In this document: positions 9,897 through 21,894 of the stretch, one piece after another | How the letters are laid out: every line of letters begins with the position of its first letter | Numbering within the stretch: the first letter of the stretch is position 1 | DNA from: an uncultured Chloroflexia bacterium | GTDB lineage: Bacteria > Chloroflexota > Chloroflexia > Thermomicrobiales > UBA6265 | Assembly (NCBI GenBank): GCA_963724295.1 | Contig: CAVRUC010000007.1 | Span: 608,001 to 672,000 of the forward strand | Direction of reading: 5' to 3' | DNA length: 64,000 nt | Made by a program: the position numbers and the translations under genes | The notes under the pieces: model-generated | Database searches by the model: none | Seen by the model: only the letters and a program-made list of their open reading frames with translations | What the model was told of the DNA's origin: nothing

Positions 9897-12249
9897 CTAG
9901 ACCAAGGCGTGGCGGGCGGCGAACGGCGGCAGCTTCTCGCCGATTGGCCACCCCCAGTTTGCCCAGCACGTTGGAGACGTGCTTGCTGGCGGTGTAGGGG
10001 CTGATGAACAGTTGCGCGGCGATCTCCGGGTCGGTCAGGCGCTGGCAGAGTAGCCCCAGCACCTCTCGCTCGCGCCGGGTCAATGCCGGACCAGTGACGG
10101 GGTCAGTCGGCCTAGATTGCTCTGGCTGGGGCGCAGGCAGCGAGCCTCGGGGCACCTCGGTGAGGAAGCGCGACGCCTCGTCCAGCGCCTGCTCTAAGGA
10201 GATGCTGCGCCCTGCGTTGTAGACCGTCGCAAAAGCGGCCTCGCCGAGTTCCGCTCGCGCGGTCTCTTCGGCTCGCTCAATACTCGTACGATCCGGCGGT
10301 GGGATGGCATGACCCAGCTCGGCACACTGCGCACTTGCCACTCCGAGCAGCCAGGCCGCCCGTTCCGGTGATCCTGAAATCGCTGCCAGGGATGCGACCC
10401 CGGCCAGCCACTCGGCGATGTTCTCCCGGCTGCCGATATTCCGCCAGAGGGGAAGGCTCTCGGAGAACCATTTTGCCGCCATTATCCGGTCGTCACGTGC
10501 GCAGGCCACAAACCCGAGTCTGTTGATCGTCAGGGCGACGCGCCACTGATCGCCAAGTTCTCCTTGGTCAGCAAGGGCATTCTCCAAGTGCGCCGTTGCC
10601 CCCAGGAGGTCACCCTGCCCGAAGGCGGCAATTCCGATCTCCTGCTTTGTTAGAGCGACGAGAGTTCGGTCACCCGCTGATTTAGAAAGCGTGAGTACCT
10701 CGTCGAAGTACGCCTTCGCTCTGGAATAGTCGCCTTCGGCCAGGGCTACATTGCCGAGAACTTGCAGCGCCATGTATTCGCCCCAGCTGTCGCCTGACCG
10801 GCGCGCCAGCGACAGACACTCGGTTGCGCGTCGCACCGCGTGCGCATGGTTCCCCTGGTTCCGCGCCGTCGAGGCCGAGGCGCGCAGCGCCCGGATGCGT
10901 GCTGCCGCGGGAGCAGTGGCGTCCGATGTCTGTTCGAGCGCACGTTCCAGCCAACCAAACGCCTCCTTCCGGGAGCTGCGAAGATTCCAGAAGGGCGCGG
11001 CCGATCCGGTCAACCGTACGAGTCCCGCGCCGTCGCCGATCTGATCCAACCAGGACAGGGCCGCCCGCACATTGTCGTGCTCGGCCTCGAGGCGGAGCAG
11101 CCACTCCATGGCCCCGAACATGAACATGGGGTACCAAGCGTTTTCGACGAGCCCGACGATCCACTCGGCATGGGCGCGGCGCACGGCACGTTCCTCACCG
11201 CTTTCAATGAGCCGTTCCCGCCCAAACTCGCGGACCGTCTCCAGCATGACAAAGCGCGGCTCACGCCCTTGGACCTCCACGCGGCGCAGCAGGCTATGGC
11301 CGACAAGGGCGCTGACGCCAGCCAGGACGTCGACCCCGAGATCCGTCGGCACCCGGATCACGGCGGTGGCGGCGTCCAACGTGAACCCGCCGACAAAGAC
11401 CGCGAGGCGACGGAAGAGCGTTTGCTCAACGGGTGTCAGCAATGCCTCGCTCCAGGCAATTGTTGTCCGCATTGTGTGCTGCCGGGCTGGTGCATCACGG
11501 GGGCCATCACGCAGGAGACTCAGGCGGTCGCCCATTTTGGCCAGGAGCGCCTCTGGCGACAGGACTTTGGTGCGCGCCGCAGCCAACTCGATGGCTAGTG
11601 GCAAGCCGTCCAACCGGCGGCAGATCTCGGCTACCGCCGGGGCGTTGTGATCGCCAAGGCGAAAGGTGGCATCGACGGCATGCGACCGGTGAGTGAACAG
11701 CGCCACGGCAGGCACGTGCTGCAAAGCAGCCGCAGACCGTTGCGTAGTTTCGGGCAAGGTGAGTGGATCGACGGCGAGTTCGTATTCACCCTGCACCCGC
11801 AAGGGAGCGCGGCTCGTGGCCAGGAGTTGCACGGCCGGGCAGCCAGCCACCAGTGCCGCGGCACTCATGGCGGCCGCCTCGATGAGATGCTCGCAATTGT
11901 CCAGGACGAGAAGCAGCTGGCGGCGATGGAGAGCCTCGATGACACGTTGCAGCAGGGGGTGGTCCCCCGCGTCTGGCACCTCCAGCGCCCGCGCGATCGT
12001 CGGCACGACCAATGTCGGATCAGCCAGCGGGGCCAGATCGATAAAGACGGCACCATCGGCAAAGGCATCGAGGAGTTCATGCGCGACGGCCAGGGCCAGC
12101 CGCGTCTTGCCAACCCCACCGGGACCGGTCAATGTCAGCATTGGCACGGCGTCGTCGAGCAGGAGCGTGCGCGCCGTCGATCGCTCGGCAGCGCGACCGA
12201 TGAGCTGGGTGCGGGGGGTCGGCGGGAGCGCCGAGGCGGACACAGGCAT
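9897..12249 (-). CDS. STAND ATPase + TPR + LuxR-HTH transcriptional regulator; apparent 1-nt frameshift near 9925
   Basis: [29 protein letters not shown], LuxR LTRREREVL...IAAQLFISPYTASKHVSNVLGKLG. Removing one base restores the typical ending EAAAFAARHALV* with a stop at 9897-9899. Confidence 0.88.
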
Positions 12250-12598
12250 AGGAGATGTCCCCACGGTTCCGGAGCCGGATGCGACGCTCAGTTTGCCCGA
12301 CGCCGAGCAGGCCGCGCTAGTGGCTGGCCGGTGTTCCTCAGCGATAACGAGAAAATCGAGACACCGACTGCGGACTGGCAACAGGTGCGCCACTCCCAGT
12401 CGGAGTTCGACGGCGGCGCCAGCAGGACAGTGTTTGCAACACGCTGTTGGTTAGTCCAAAAGGCGAGAGGTGGGGTTTCCCACCTCTCGCGTGATATGAC
12501 TCCTGGAGCGAAGTCCCTCGGGCTGGCCGACCGACGGATCAGCAGCTGTCGTCCTGTCTTGCCGTGACCCTGCGGGTGCTCCCGTCTGGCCGTCTCCG

Positions 12599-13054
12599 CT
12601 AAACCAGCTCCGCCTCGGTCGAGATCTGTACGTTTCCCTTCAACGCCTGCGAGATCGGGCACCCCTCGGCTGCCTGGCTCACCGCTTCGCGGAAGTCTTC
12701 GGCGCTGATCCCCGGCACGTCACCCCTGACGTTCAATTCGGAAAAGCTGACCTCATAGCCACCGCCGACCTTGGGATCGAACCCGACCCTGGCCGTCACA
12801 TCCAGACTGCGCGGTGCGGCGTTGCGCCCCTGCAGCTCGAATGCCAGCGCCATCGAAAAGCAGGAGGCGTGGGCGGCCGCAAGCAGCTCCTCTGGTGAGG
12901 TCAGCGAGCTGTCACCACCGGTCCGCGCATTCCACGTCATGGGGACTTCGGCGAGCTGGCCGCTGCTGCTCCCGGTGATGCGGCCACGGCCGTCGGTCAG
13001 ACCGCCCTCCCAGTGAGCCTGGGCCTCGTGTACCGCCTCGGCATGGTTGCTCAT
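12599..13054 (-). CDS. osmC: OsmC family peroxiredoxin
   Basis: PEELLAAAHASCFSMAL and CPISQAL. Confidence 0.9.
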   Translation of the reverse strand: MSNHAEAVHEAQAHWEGGLTDGRGRITGSSSGQLAEVPMTWNARTGGDSSLTSPEELLAAAHASCFSMALAFELQGRNAAPRSLDVTARVGFDPKVGGGYEVSFSELNVRGDVPGISAEDFREAVSQAAEGCPISQALKGNVQISTEAELV

Positions 13055-13156
13055 GGTTGCTGTCTTTCCCTTTCCGTTGGCCTTCCGGCCCCGAGCCTGA
13101 TACAAACTCTCGAATCTGGTAACCCTGGGTAGCCGCTGAACCGCCCTCACCGGCCG

Positions 13157-14659
13157 CTATGACGCCGGAGGCGGATCGATGTAGACGGTTTTGACCTGCG
13201 TGAAGAAGTCGCGCGCCGACTTGCCTTGCTCGCGGGAATACGATGACGACCCCTTCATGCCACCGAACGGGACCTGGGGCTCCGCACCCGCCGTCTCGCT
13301 GTTCACGTGCACGACGCCAGCCTCGATCTCGCGGGCAAACGTCAGCGCCCGGCCCAGGTCGCGGGTGAAGATCGAGGCCGACAGCCCGAACTTGACCTGG
13401 TTCGCGACGACCATCGCCTCTTCCATGCTATCGACCGGGATGACCCCCAGCACCGGTCCGAAGAGCTCGTCCTGGCCGAGCCGGGACTTTGGATCGACGT
13501 CCGCGAACAGTGTGGGTGCTAGAAACGCGCCGCGCTCCAATCCGCTTCCCAGCCGCTCGCCGCCGACCACCAGCTCGGCGCCCGCCTGCTTTGCGGAGTC
13601 GACTTCACCGGCAAGACGCTCCGCGGCCCGGTCGTCGATCAGTGGCCCAATCTGGGTCTCCGCGTCGAGCGGGTCGCCGACTTTGAGGCCACCGATGCGA
13701 TCCGCCAGCATCTCGGTAAAGCGGTCGATGATGCGGCGATCGACGATCGCGCGCGACGTGGCCGTGCATTTCTGCCCCGCGCTCATCATCGCGCCGGCAA
13801 CGACCTGCCCGAGGGCGTGGTCGAGATCGGCGTCGGCCAGCACGATCGCCGGGTTCTTCCCGCCCAGCTCGAGCTGGAGCTTGGCTCCCCGCTCGGCCGC
13901 GGAACGCCGCAGCTCGGCGCCGGTCTCGTTCGAGCCCGTAAAGGTGATGGCGACCACCCGCGGATCGCGCACCAAAGGATCGCCGACGTTCCCCGCGGAC
14001 CCGGTGACCAGATTCAGCACTCCCGCCGGCAGCCCGGCCTCGTCGAGCGCCTCTACCAGGCGCACCGCGGTCAGGGGCGTGAGGCTGGCCGGTTTGAAGA
14101 CGACGGTGTTGCCGAAGGCCAGCGCCGGAGCGATCTTCCAGGCCGGAATTGCGATTGGGAAGTTCCACGGCGTGACCACCGCCACGACCCCGAGCGGCTC
14201 CCGGGTGGTATAGAGCAGGGTGTGCGGATTCACCGACGGGTAGTGCTCGCCGCTCGGCTGCTGCGCCTCGCCGGCAAAGTAGCGCAGGATCTGGACGGCA
14301 CGGGTCGACTCGCCAATACCCTCCTTGAGGGTCTTGCCTTCTTCCCGGGTCAGCTCGCGCCCAACATCCGGGATGCGGGATTCGAGAATGTTGGCAGCCT
14401 TGTGCAGGATGCTCGCCCGCGTCATTGGCGAGCTGAATCGCCAGCCGCGAAACGCCTCCTCGGCAGCGGCGATCGCGGCATCGACGTCGTCGGCGCCGGA
14501 TGAGGCAAAGAGACCGACGACCTCGTCGCGATTAGCCGGGTTGCGATTCTCCATCTTCTCGCCGCTGGCGGCGGGTCGCCACTCGCCGGCGATGTAGTTG
14601 CCGTAGGTTTGTACGTTCTGGACAGTCTCGGCCCGTGGCGGGGACGCGACCATATTCAC
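13157..14659 (-). CDS. Aldehyde dehydrogenase (alpha-ketoglutaric semialdehyde DH-like)
   Basis: PWNFP, FTGS, LELGGKNP, GQKCTA, ELFGP, PFGGMK. Confidence 0.93.
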   Translation of the reverse strand: MNMVASPPRAETVQNVQTYGNYIAGEWRPAASGEKMENRNPANRDEVVGLFASSGADDVDAAIAAAEEAFRGWRFSSPMTRASILHKAANILESRIPDVGRELTREEGKTLKEGIGESTRAVQILRYFAGEAQQPSGEHYPSVNPHTLLYTTREPLGVVAVVTPWNFPIAIPAWKIAPALAFGNTVVFKPASLTPLTAVRLVEALDEAGLPAGVLNLVTGSAGNVGDPLVRDPRVVAITFTGSNETGAELRRSAAERGAKLQLELGGKNPAIVLADADLDHALGQVVAGAMMSAGQKCTATSRAIVDRRIIDRFTEMLADRIGGLKVGDPLDAETQIGPLIDDRAAERLAGEVDSAKQAGAELVVGGERLGSGLERGAFLAPTLFADVDPKSRLGQDELFGPVLGVIPVDSMEEAMVVANQVKFGLSASIFTRDLGRALTFAREIEAGVVHVNSETAGAEPQVPFGGMKGSSSYSREQGKSARDFFTQVKTVYIDPPPAS

Positions 14660-14739
14660 TCTCCCTTGCTCATGCCATATCGTTCGACAAACGATTGTAC
14701 GCCGGGTTGGTCAGGCATCCGCCTGCGGGCAACCGCGGC

Positions 14740-15744
14740 TCAAACATCGTGGACTCCGACCCAGCGCCCTTCGCGACGGCTCCTTGTCGCCGCCGCGGAC
14801 ACCTGCATGGCCTGCAACGCGTCGTCGATCCCGGGTGTCGGCGCGCGGCCGGCATGCAGCGCATCGACGAACGCCTGCAGCTCTGCCCGATAGGCGTCAC
14901 TGAATCGCTCCACGAACTGGTCATGCCGCTCCGACACCTTACCCCGGCTGTCATAGAGCACCGCCGGGTATTTTTCGTCGAGCTCGGCGATCACTTTGCC
15001 TTTGCTGCCGTGGACCTCGGCGCGGATGTCGTAGCCGTACGGGGCCCGCCAGCTCTCCTGCACGACCCCCAGCGCGCCGTTGGCAAATCGCAGCAAGACG
15101 ATGGCGTAGTCGACGTCGTCGAATGTCTCCAGCTCCGGCTCGACCAGGACCGCGCCCATGGCGAAGACTTCGCTAATCTCCTCTCCCGTCAGAAAGCGAG
15201 CCGCATCGAAATCATGGCTGGCCAGATCCATGAAGATGCCGCCGCTGGTGCGCAGGAAATCGATCGGACCGAGGCGGTCGCAGCTCATACCGCGGAACAT
15301 CTCGACGGCGCCGATCGATCCCGCGGCGATCAGCTCCCTGGCCCGCGCGTAGCCCCGGTCGTACCGCCGCTGAAACCCGATCTGGAACGGCACTCCCGCG
15401 CTGAGGACGGCCTGGGCCGCAGCTTCCGCCTTTGGCACCGAATCGGCCAGCGGCTTTTCGGAGAAGATTGGTTTCCCCGCTCTGGCCGCCAGGGCGATGT
15501 GCTCGTCATGCACGACAGCCGGCGATGCCACGACGATCGCTTCGACGTCGTTGCGGGCCAGGAGCGCCGCGACGTCCGGCTCGAGCGCGCAGGGAGCGTC
15601 GCCGGACTCAAGGAGGGTGCGCCGGTGATCGACGTCGACGGCGGCCGCCACCAGATGAGCCCCGCTGACCGCGTGGCCCAGCGAGTTGGCATGGAACCCA
15701 CCGATCCGCCCCAGCCCGATCACACCGAACCCGATGCTATTCAT
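14740..15744 (-). CDS. Gfo/Idh/MocA oxidoreductase, inositol 2-dehydrogenase-like
   Basis: GLGRIG, EKP, GFQRRYD, SGGIFMDLASHDFD, YGYDIRAEV. Confidence 0.88.
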   Translation of the reverse strand: MNSIGFGVIGLGRIGGFHANSLGHAVSGAHLVAAAVDVDHRRTLLESGDAPCALEPDVAALLARNDVEAIVVASPAVVHDEHIALAARAGKPIFSEKPLADSVPKAEAAAQAVLSAGVPFQIGFQRRYDRGYARARELIAAGSIGAVEMFRGMSCDRLGPIDFLRTSGGIFMDLASHDFDAARFLTGEEISEVFAMGAVLVEPELETFDDVDYAIVLLRFANGALGVVQESWRAPYGYDIRAEVHGSKGKVIAELDEKYPAVLYDSRGKVSERHDQFVERFSDAYRAELQAFVDALHAGRAPTPGIDDALQAMQVSAAATRSRREGRWVGVHDV

Positions 15745-15809
15745 CGCGATTCCCGACGATCAGCCGGTGATCTGGTTGACCCGCTGCCTCCACCGATTGC
15801 TACTCCTCA

Positions 15810-17354
15810 CTATTCGCCAAGAAGCCAACCCACGATCCGTTCGCCGGCCACGACGGCCGGGAGATTGGTGTTTGCGCGCGGGATCACCCGCATGATCGAG
15901 CAGTCGGCGACGTACACATTTTCAGTCCCATAGACCCGGCCCCGCGCGTTGGTGACAGCCAGGGGATCATCGTCGGGCCCCATGGCGCAGGTGCCAACCG
16001 GGTGGTAGTAGTGCTCGATGCCATCCTCGATCCACTCCTCCAGCGCCGCGTCGTCCTCGATCGCCGGTCCCGGGTCCAGCACCGCCCCGAGGAGATCACG
16101 CAACGCCGGTTGGGCTGCAAGCCGCCGCGCCGTGCGAAGTCCTTCCCGCAGCACTGACCGGTCGTGACCTTCCGGATCGGAGAGATAGCGATGCTCGATC
16201 TTCGGCTCGCGTGCAGGGTCTGGTGAGCGCAGCGTCACGGCGCCGCGCGACCTGGGCGTCATGCACGCCACCGGAAATGACCAGTGCCAGCCGGTCTCAC
16301 TCTCACTGTCGGGCCCGCCCACCGGGTAGAGATGAAGATCGAACCCGCGCATCGATGGCGGATAGAGACCAGAGCGAATCTTGGCGATCGTCTGCTCCTC
16401 CGGCATCCACCGCTCCCGCGCGAAGGCCGTCATCGCCGCCTCCAGCGCCGTGGTACCGGCAAACCTCAGCCGGACCGAGGAGTGATCGTGAAGGTTGCGG
16501 CCGACTCCCGGCAACGACAGTGCCGGCTCGACGCCAGCCTCGCGCAGATCGCCAGGGTCGCCGATCCCCGATCGCAGCAGGATCGCCGGCGAGCCATAGG
16601 TCCCACCGGCGACCACGAACCGCGCCGCGGAAACCTGGCCGGGACCGTCGGGCCCGATGTAATGGACGCTGGTGGCCACCCCCTGCTCGATGACGAGGCG
16701 ATCGGCCGTTGACCAGCCGGCGATCATCAGGTTCGGTCGCTGCCTGACCGGATCGAGATAGGCGAAGGCGGCATTCCAGCGCGTGCCGTCCAGAATATTG
16801 ACCGGACTGGTTGCCATTCCCTCGTCTTCATCGAAATCGTTGAGGTCATCGGTGAGGGGGATTCCCGCGCCCGGCGCCGCATCGAGGCATGCTTGCTGAA
16901 ATGGCGTGACCTCGTGCCGCGCATAGCGCCGCACCCGCAGTCGCTCGGCGGCGCGTCTGAAAACCGGAAGCAACTCCGCCGCCGACCAGCCGGCGAGACC
17001 CATGTCAGCCCAGCCGTCGTAGTCGACCCGGCTTCCCCAGATCGCCGCGCAGCCGTTGTGCGCAGAACACCCGCCGATGACTTTTGCCCGCTCGAAATTC
17101 ACGACCCGGTTGGGATAGGTGTCGCCGGAGGCGTAGTTCCAGTCGTGGGTGTAGCCGAGGGCTCGCGCGTCGAGGAGATCCGCCGGCCAGCGGCTGTCGC
17201 CGAACGGGCCGTAATCCGGACCGGCTTCCAGGACCACCACGCGTTCGTCGCTCTGCGCCGCCAGGAGCCCGGCCACGACCGCCCCCGCCGTGCCACCTCC
17301 GAGCACGACGGTGTCGGCCTCGTGCGGCACGCTGACTCGTTGCCGCTCGCTCAC
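15810..17354 (-). CDS. GMC family oxidoreductase
   Basis: GGGTAG, GGCSAHNG, GVGRNLHDH, YYHPVGTCAMG, ANTN. Confidence 0.92.
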   Translation of the reverse strand: MSERQRVSVPHEADTVVLGGGTAGAVVAGLLAAQSDERVVVLEAGPDYGPFGDSRWPADLLDARALGYTHDWNYASGDTYPNRVVNFERAKVIGGCSAHNGCAAIWGSRVDYDGWADMGLAGWSAAELLPVFRRAAERLRVRRYARHEVTPFQQACLDAAPGAGIPLTDDLNDFDEDEGMATSPVNILDGTRWNAAFAYLDPVRQRPNLMIAGWSTADRLVIEQGVATSVHYIGPDGPGQVSAARFVVAGGTYGSPAILLRSGIGDPGDLREAGVEPALSLPGVGRNLHDHSSVRLRFAGTTALEAAMTAFARERWMPEEQTIAKIRSGLYPPSMRGFDLHLYPVGGPDSESETGWHWSFPVACMTPRSRGAVTLRSPDPAREPKIEHRYLSDPEGHDRSVLREGLRTARRLAAQPALRDLLGAVLDPGPAIEDDAALEEWIEDGIEHYYHPVGTCAMGPDDDPLAVTNARGRVYGTENVYVADCSIMRVIPRANTNLPAVVAGERIVGWLLGE

Positions 17355-17385
17355 GTCGTGATACCGGTCCTCGACGCGGGGTTTC

Positions 17386-20124
17386 TCAAGCGGCGGGTCG
17401 CGTCAAGCGCCGCAGGACCGTCTGCAGGATGCCTCCGTTGCGGAAGTATTCGACTTCTACCGGGCTGTCGATCCGCACGATCGCATCGAACTCGATGACC
17501 TCGCCAGCTGGCCGCGTTGCCTTGATATGCACCCGCTGCCGTGGCGCGAGGTCCTGCAGCCCGAGGACATCGAAGGTCTCTTCGCCGGTCAACCCAAGCG
17601 AAGCCGCGTTTTCACCCGGCAGGAACTGCAATGGCAGGACGCCCATACCAACCAGATTGGAGCGGTGGATGCGTTCGAAACTCTCGACGAGGACCGCCTT
17701 GATGCCAAGGAGAAGCGTTCCCTTGGCGGCCCAGTCGCGCGAGGAGCCGGTGCCGTACTCCTTGCCGCCGATGACGACGAGCGGCGTTCCCTCGGCGATG
17801 TAGCGCATCGCCGCGTCGTAGATGCGCATCTCCTCGCCGCTGGGGAGATGGATGGTCCAGTTGCCCTCTTTGCCACCCACGAGCTGATTGCGCAACCGGA
17901 TGTTGGCGAACGTTCCCCGGATCATCACCTCATGGTTCCCGCGGCGAGAGCCGTACGAGTTGAACTCGTGCGGGGGCACGCCGTGCTCGATCAGGTAGCG
18001 GCCGGCCGGGCTGTCCTTGGCGATGCTTCCCGCCGGAGAGATGTGATCGGTCGTGACCGAATCCCCCAGCAGCGCCAGCACCCGGGCGCCGTGGATGTCG
18101 CCCGGCGGCGCTGGATCATCGGCGATGTCCTGGAAGAAGGGCGGGTTCTGCACGTAGGTGGAGTCCTCGCGCCACTCGTAGATGTCGCCGGATGGGACAT
18201 CCAGCCCTTGCCAGCGCTCATCGCCGGCGAAGACCATCGCGTACTCCTCACGGAACATCGCCGGGTCGACCGCGGCCTCGATAGCGGCCCGGACTTCCTC
18301 CTGGGTCGGCCAGATGTCACGCAGGTAGATGGACTCCCCGTTCGGGTCGCAGCCGATCGGGTCGTTGGCGAGGTCGAGATCGACCGTGCCGGCCAGCGCG
18401 TAGGCGACGACCAGCGGCGGCGAGGCCAGGAACGCCGCCCGCACCTGAGAGTGGATACGACCCTCGAAATTCCGGTTGCCGGAGAGCACGGCCGAAACGA
18501 CCAGCCCGTTCTCTTCGACGGCGCGGCTCACCGGTTCGGGCAGCGGTCCCGAGTTACCGATGCAAGTGGTGCAGCCATAGCCGACGACGTGAAAACCGAG
18601 CCCCTCCAGATACGGCAACAAGCCGGCCTGCGTCAGATACCGGGTGACCACCTGGGAACCGGGTGCCAGACTCGTCTTGACGTGGCCCGGAACGTCGAGC
18701 CCGAGCTCGACGGCTTTGCGCGCCAGCAGACCCGCGCCGAGCATCACCGATGGGTTCGACGTATTGGTGCAGGAGGTGATCGCGGCGATGACCACCGCCC
18801 CGTTGTCGATTCGTGCCGTAACGCCGTCGACAGCAACGGCCACGCCGCCATCTCTGGTGGCCGCCGATCCACCCCCGTTTTCCGGGAAGGCCCCCGGGTA
18901 GGTCGTGCGCAACGCGTCACGGACGGACGGCAGCGGCAACCGATCCTGAGGACGACGAGGACCGGCCACGCTGGGGACGACGTCGGCCAGATCGAGCTCG
19001 ACGAGCTGGTTGAACCGCGGCTCCGGAATTTCGTCGGTCCGGAACAGGCGTTGTGCCTTGGCGTAGGTCTCAACGAGGGCGATGCGTTCTTCCGAGCGGC
19101 CGGTCAACCGCAGGTAATCGAGCGTCTCCGCGTCGATCGGGAACAGAGAGGCGGTTGCACCGTATTCGGGCGCCATATTGGAGATCGTCGCGCGGTCCGC
19201 CAGGGACAAGGTGCTCAATCCCGCGCCGCAGAACTCGACGAACCGACCGACGACGCCAAGCGTGCGTAGCATCTCGGTCACCGCCAGCACCAGATCGGTC
19301 GCGGTCGCACCTTCCGGCAGCGCCCCGACCAGTCGCACGCCAACCACCTCGGGCGTGAGCAGATAGAGCGGCTGGCCGAGCAGCACCGCCTCCGCCTCGA
19401 TGCCGCCGACACCCCAGCCGAGGACACCAAGTCCGTTGATCATGGTCGTGTGGGAGTCGGTCCCGACGAGTGTATCGGGGAAAGCGACGGTCTCCGCTCC
19501 GACCAGTTTCGTCATCACCACTGGCGCCAGGTACTCGAGATTGACCTGGTGCACGATCCCGGTCCCGGGAGGAACGACCCGGAAGTTCTGGAACGATTGC
19601 TGTGCCCAGCGCAGGAGCTCGTACCGCTCGCGATTCCGGTCGTATTCGAGATCGACGTTCTGGGCGAACGCCATCGTGGAGCCGAAGCGATCGACCTGCA
19701 CGGAGTGATCGATGACGAGATCAGCCGGCACCAGGGGATTGATACGGGTGACGTCGCCGCCGAGCCTGGCCACGGCGTCCCGCATCGCCGCCAGATCGAC
19801 GACGGCCGGGACTCCAGTAAAGTCCTGGAGCACCACTCGCCCCGGCAGGAAGGGGAGCTCCATTCCCGGCCCTTCGCCGGTGGGCCGTGGTTCCCAACGC
19901 GCCAGGGACTTCACGGTCTCGGCGTCGACGAACTCTCCTCCCGCGTAGCGCAGGGCGTTCTCCAGCAGGATGCGCACCGTGAAGGGCAGCGTGTCGAGGT
20001 CGGCCAGCCCTTGCTCCTCGAGCGCCTCGAGGCGGTAGTAGGTGACCGTCTCTCCGAACGGAGTCGACAACGTCGACCGCGCATTGAACGGGTCAGGCGC
20101 CATGGGAAGTGGTGCGGGGTCCAT
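17386..20124 (-). CDS. acnA: Aconitate hydratase A
   Basis: [56 protein letters not shown]. Confidence 0.98.
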   Translation of the reverse strand: MDPAPLPMAPDPFNARSTLSTPFGETVTYYRLEALEEQGLADLDTLPFTVRILLENALRYAGGEFVDAETVKSLARWEPRPTGEGPGMELPFLPGRVVLQDFTGVPAVVDLAAMRDAVARLGGDVTRINPLVPADLVIDHSVQVDRFGSTMAFAQNVDLEYDRNRERYELLRWAQQSFQNFRVVPPGTGIVHQVNLEYLAPVVMTKLVGAETVAFPDTLVGTDSHTTMINGLGVLGWGVGGIEAEAVLLGQPLYLLTPEVVGVRLVGALPEGATATDLVLAVTEMLRTLGVVGRFVEFCGAGLSTLSLADRATISNMAPEYGATASLFPIDAETLDYLRLTGRSEERIALVETYAKAQRLFRTDEIPEPRFNQLVELDLADVVPSVAGPRRPQDRLPLPSVRDALRTTYPGAFPENGGGSAATRDGGVAVAVDGVTARIDNGAVVIAAITSCTNTSNPSVMLGAGLLARKAVELGLDVPGHVKTSLAPGSQVVTRYLTQAGLLPYLEGLGFHVVGYGCTTCIGNSGPLPEPVSRAVEENGLVVSAVLSGNRNFEGRIHSQVRAAFLASPPLVVAYALAGTVDLDLANDPIGCDPNGESIYLRDIWPTQEEVRAAIEAAVDPAMFREEYAMVFAGDERWQGLDVPSGDIYEWREDSTYVQNPPFFQDIADDPAPPGDIHGARVLALLGDSVTTDHISPAGSIAKDSPAGRYLIEHGVPPHEFNSYGSRRGNHEVMIRGTFANIRLRNQLVGGKEGNWTIHLPSGEEMRIYDAAMRYIAEGTPLVVIGGKEYGTGSSRDWAAKGTLLLGIKAVLVESFERIHRSNLVGMGVLPLQFLPGENAASLGLTGEETFDVLGLQDLAPRQRVHIKATRPAGEVIEFDAIVRIDSPVEVEYFRNGGILQTVLRRLTRPAA

Positions 20125-20359
20125 CGTCTTGCTGTCCTCTTGCGAAACCCGGGCAATATCAGGGAGGCGTATCGATGCACAACAACGCCCAAACCGGCTC
20201 TACTCGCCAGTTCTTGCCCGGCGCTCGTACCATGGGGAAGTTTAGACGACGGCGAGCAACTTCGAGTCGCCCTTCGTTCAGGATCAGCGCGGCACTGTCA
20301 TCGGATTCGCCGCGTGGCGTTCCGGGAACCATGCTTCCCGTCGGAGATGCGGCAGCGAA

Positions 20360-21122
20360 ATGAACGATCAGGCAATTACGTTCGACTTCCACAACACGCT
20401 CGCTTCCTGTCCGGAGTGGTTCGAGCTGGAGGTCCGTTGCCTACCCTCGTCGTTTCTTCGCTGGTGGGCGGAAAAGGGACGGCCGGGAATTCGACCCCGC
20501 TCAACTCGACGAGGCAGACGCCCGCTACCAGCAGCTGCGTCGCGAGATCATCGAGCACGGGAACGAGCTGACCGCCGAAGCCTGTCTCGAACAAGTTTTT
20601 GGCGCTATGGGGATTCAGGTCCCCGAAGACGACGTGCGGCATGGGGTCGCGCAGCTCATGCATGGGGCGCTGGCGGGAGCAACGCCGATCCCAGGGGCGG
20701 TCGCGACGGTGCGGGAGATCCACCAGGCAGGCGTCCCCATCGGTATCGTCTCCAGCGCGGTCTATCACCCGTTTCTGGAGTGGACTCTGGAGGCCTTCGG
20801 CATTCGGAACGCGTTTGACGTCGTCATCACCTCGGCCAGTGCCGGGTTCTATAAGTCTCGCGCGGAGCTCTACGTTCACGCGGCGGAGCTGCTCGGATCG
20901 ACTCCGGAGCGCATGGTTCACGTCGGTGATTCATTCCGCTTCGACGTCGCCGGCGCCAGCCGCGCCGGCATGGGAACGGTCTGGTTGCGTCGCGATCACT
21001 CAGAACCCGATGATCCTTCGCTTCATCCTGATCTCGTTCTTTCCAGCCTGGTGGCGGCGGCGCCGGAGATCCTGATGGTCTTGCGCTCTCGGCTGCTAGA
21101 TCAAGACGCGATTGATGTCTGA
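20360..21122 (+). CDS. HAD-like hydrolase, split by an apparent 1-nt insertion near 20475
   Basis: Motif I FDFHNTL is in the 20360 frame; IVSS, YK and HVGDS..FDVAGA are in the 20607 frame. The frames join at GAAAAGGGAC. Confidence 0.85.
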
Positions 21123-21894
21123 ATCCGCGGCCGCGACGCAGACGCCCCTCCTGCGATTCGATCTCTTCACGCTCTTCCCGGGGATCTTCGCCGGTCCGCT
21201 CGACGAGAGCATCCTGCGCCGGGCTCGAGATCGCGGCATCGTGCGGATCGACATTCACGACATCCGGGATTGGGCCATCGATAGGCATCGCACCGTCGAC
21301 GACACGACGTATGGAGGCGGCGCGGGAATGGTCATGATGGCCCCACCCATCGTCTCCGCGGTGGAGGCGACGCTCGGACCCGATTTCGCCGGGACGAGAA
21401 TCCTCGTGATGTCTGCCGCGGGCCGGCTCTTCACCCAGTCCCTGGCCAAGGAGCTGGCGGCGAGCGCGCGGATCGGGATCGTCTGCGGGCGCTACGAGGG
21501 TATCGACTACCGCGCGATCGAGATCCTGGGTGCGGAAGAGATCTCCATCGGGGACTACGTGCTGACCGGCGGCGAGCTCGCGGCCAGCGTCGTCGTCGAT
21601 GCCGTCACGCGCCTGCTGCCGGGAGTCATCGATGCCGCATCAGTCGCGGAGGAATCCCATCATCAGCGGCTGCTCGAATACCCGCAGTTCACCCGGCCAC
21701 CCGTCTTCCGCGAGCACGCCGTGCCCCCGGTCCTCTTGAGCGGGCACCATGCTGAGATCGAGCGGTGGCGTAGGGAGCAGTCCCTTCGCCGCACGGCACG
21801 CCTGCGCCGCGATCTGCTCGATCTGGAGACCCTAACTCCACCAGAGCGGGAGATCGTCGAGCAGGAGCTGGCAATGAGCCGCGAGTGCGGCTAA
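21115..21894 (+). CDS. trmD: tRNA (guanine37-N1)-methyltransferase
   Basis: TLFP, VDDTTYGGGAGMVM, CGRYEGID, SIGDYVLTGGE, LLEYPQFTRP. Confidence 0.97.
   Translation: MSESAAATQTPLLRFDLFTLFPGIFAGPLDESILRRARDRGIVRIDIHDIRDWAIDRHRTVDDTTYGGGAGMVMMAPPIVSAVEATLGPDFAGTRILVMSAAGRLFTQSLAKELAASARIGIVCGRYEGIDYRAIEILGAEEISIGDYVLTGGELAASVVVDAVTRLLPGVIDAASVAEESHHQRLLEYPQFTRPPVFREHAVPPVLLSGHHAEIERWRREQSLRRTARLRRDLLDLETLTPPEREIVEQELAMSRECG

Noticed and set aside
884..12249. The two STAND ATPase-TPR proteins as Avs-type antiviral systems
   Set aside because: They carry only XRE or LuxR HTH domains, lack a nuclease or other effector, and match the common regulator architecture
12500..12598. Possible hairpin RNA (e.g. 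SRP RNA or riboswitch) between osmC and the LuxR regulator
   Set aside because: Only moderate GC pairing; no SRP domain IV or recognisable riboswitch motif
17527..19269. Long antisense and alternative-frame ORFs (e.g. 17527-19269, 48665-50089, 14635-15933)
   Set aside because: Shadow ORFs of high-GC genes on the opposite strand, with no motifs
20460..20490. Programmed ribosomal frameshift at GAAAAGGG in the HAD gene
   Set aside because: The shift needed is +1, and similar indels occur throughout the window, so assembly error is simpler
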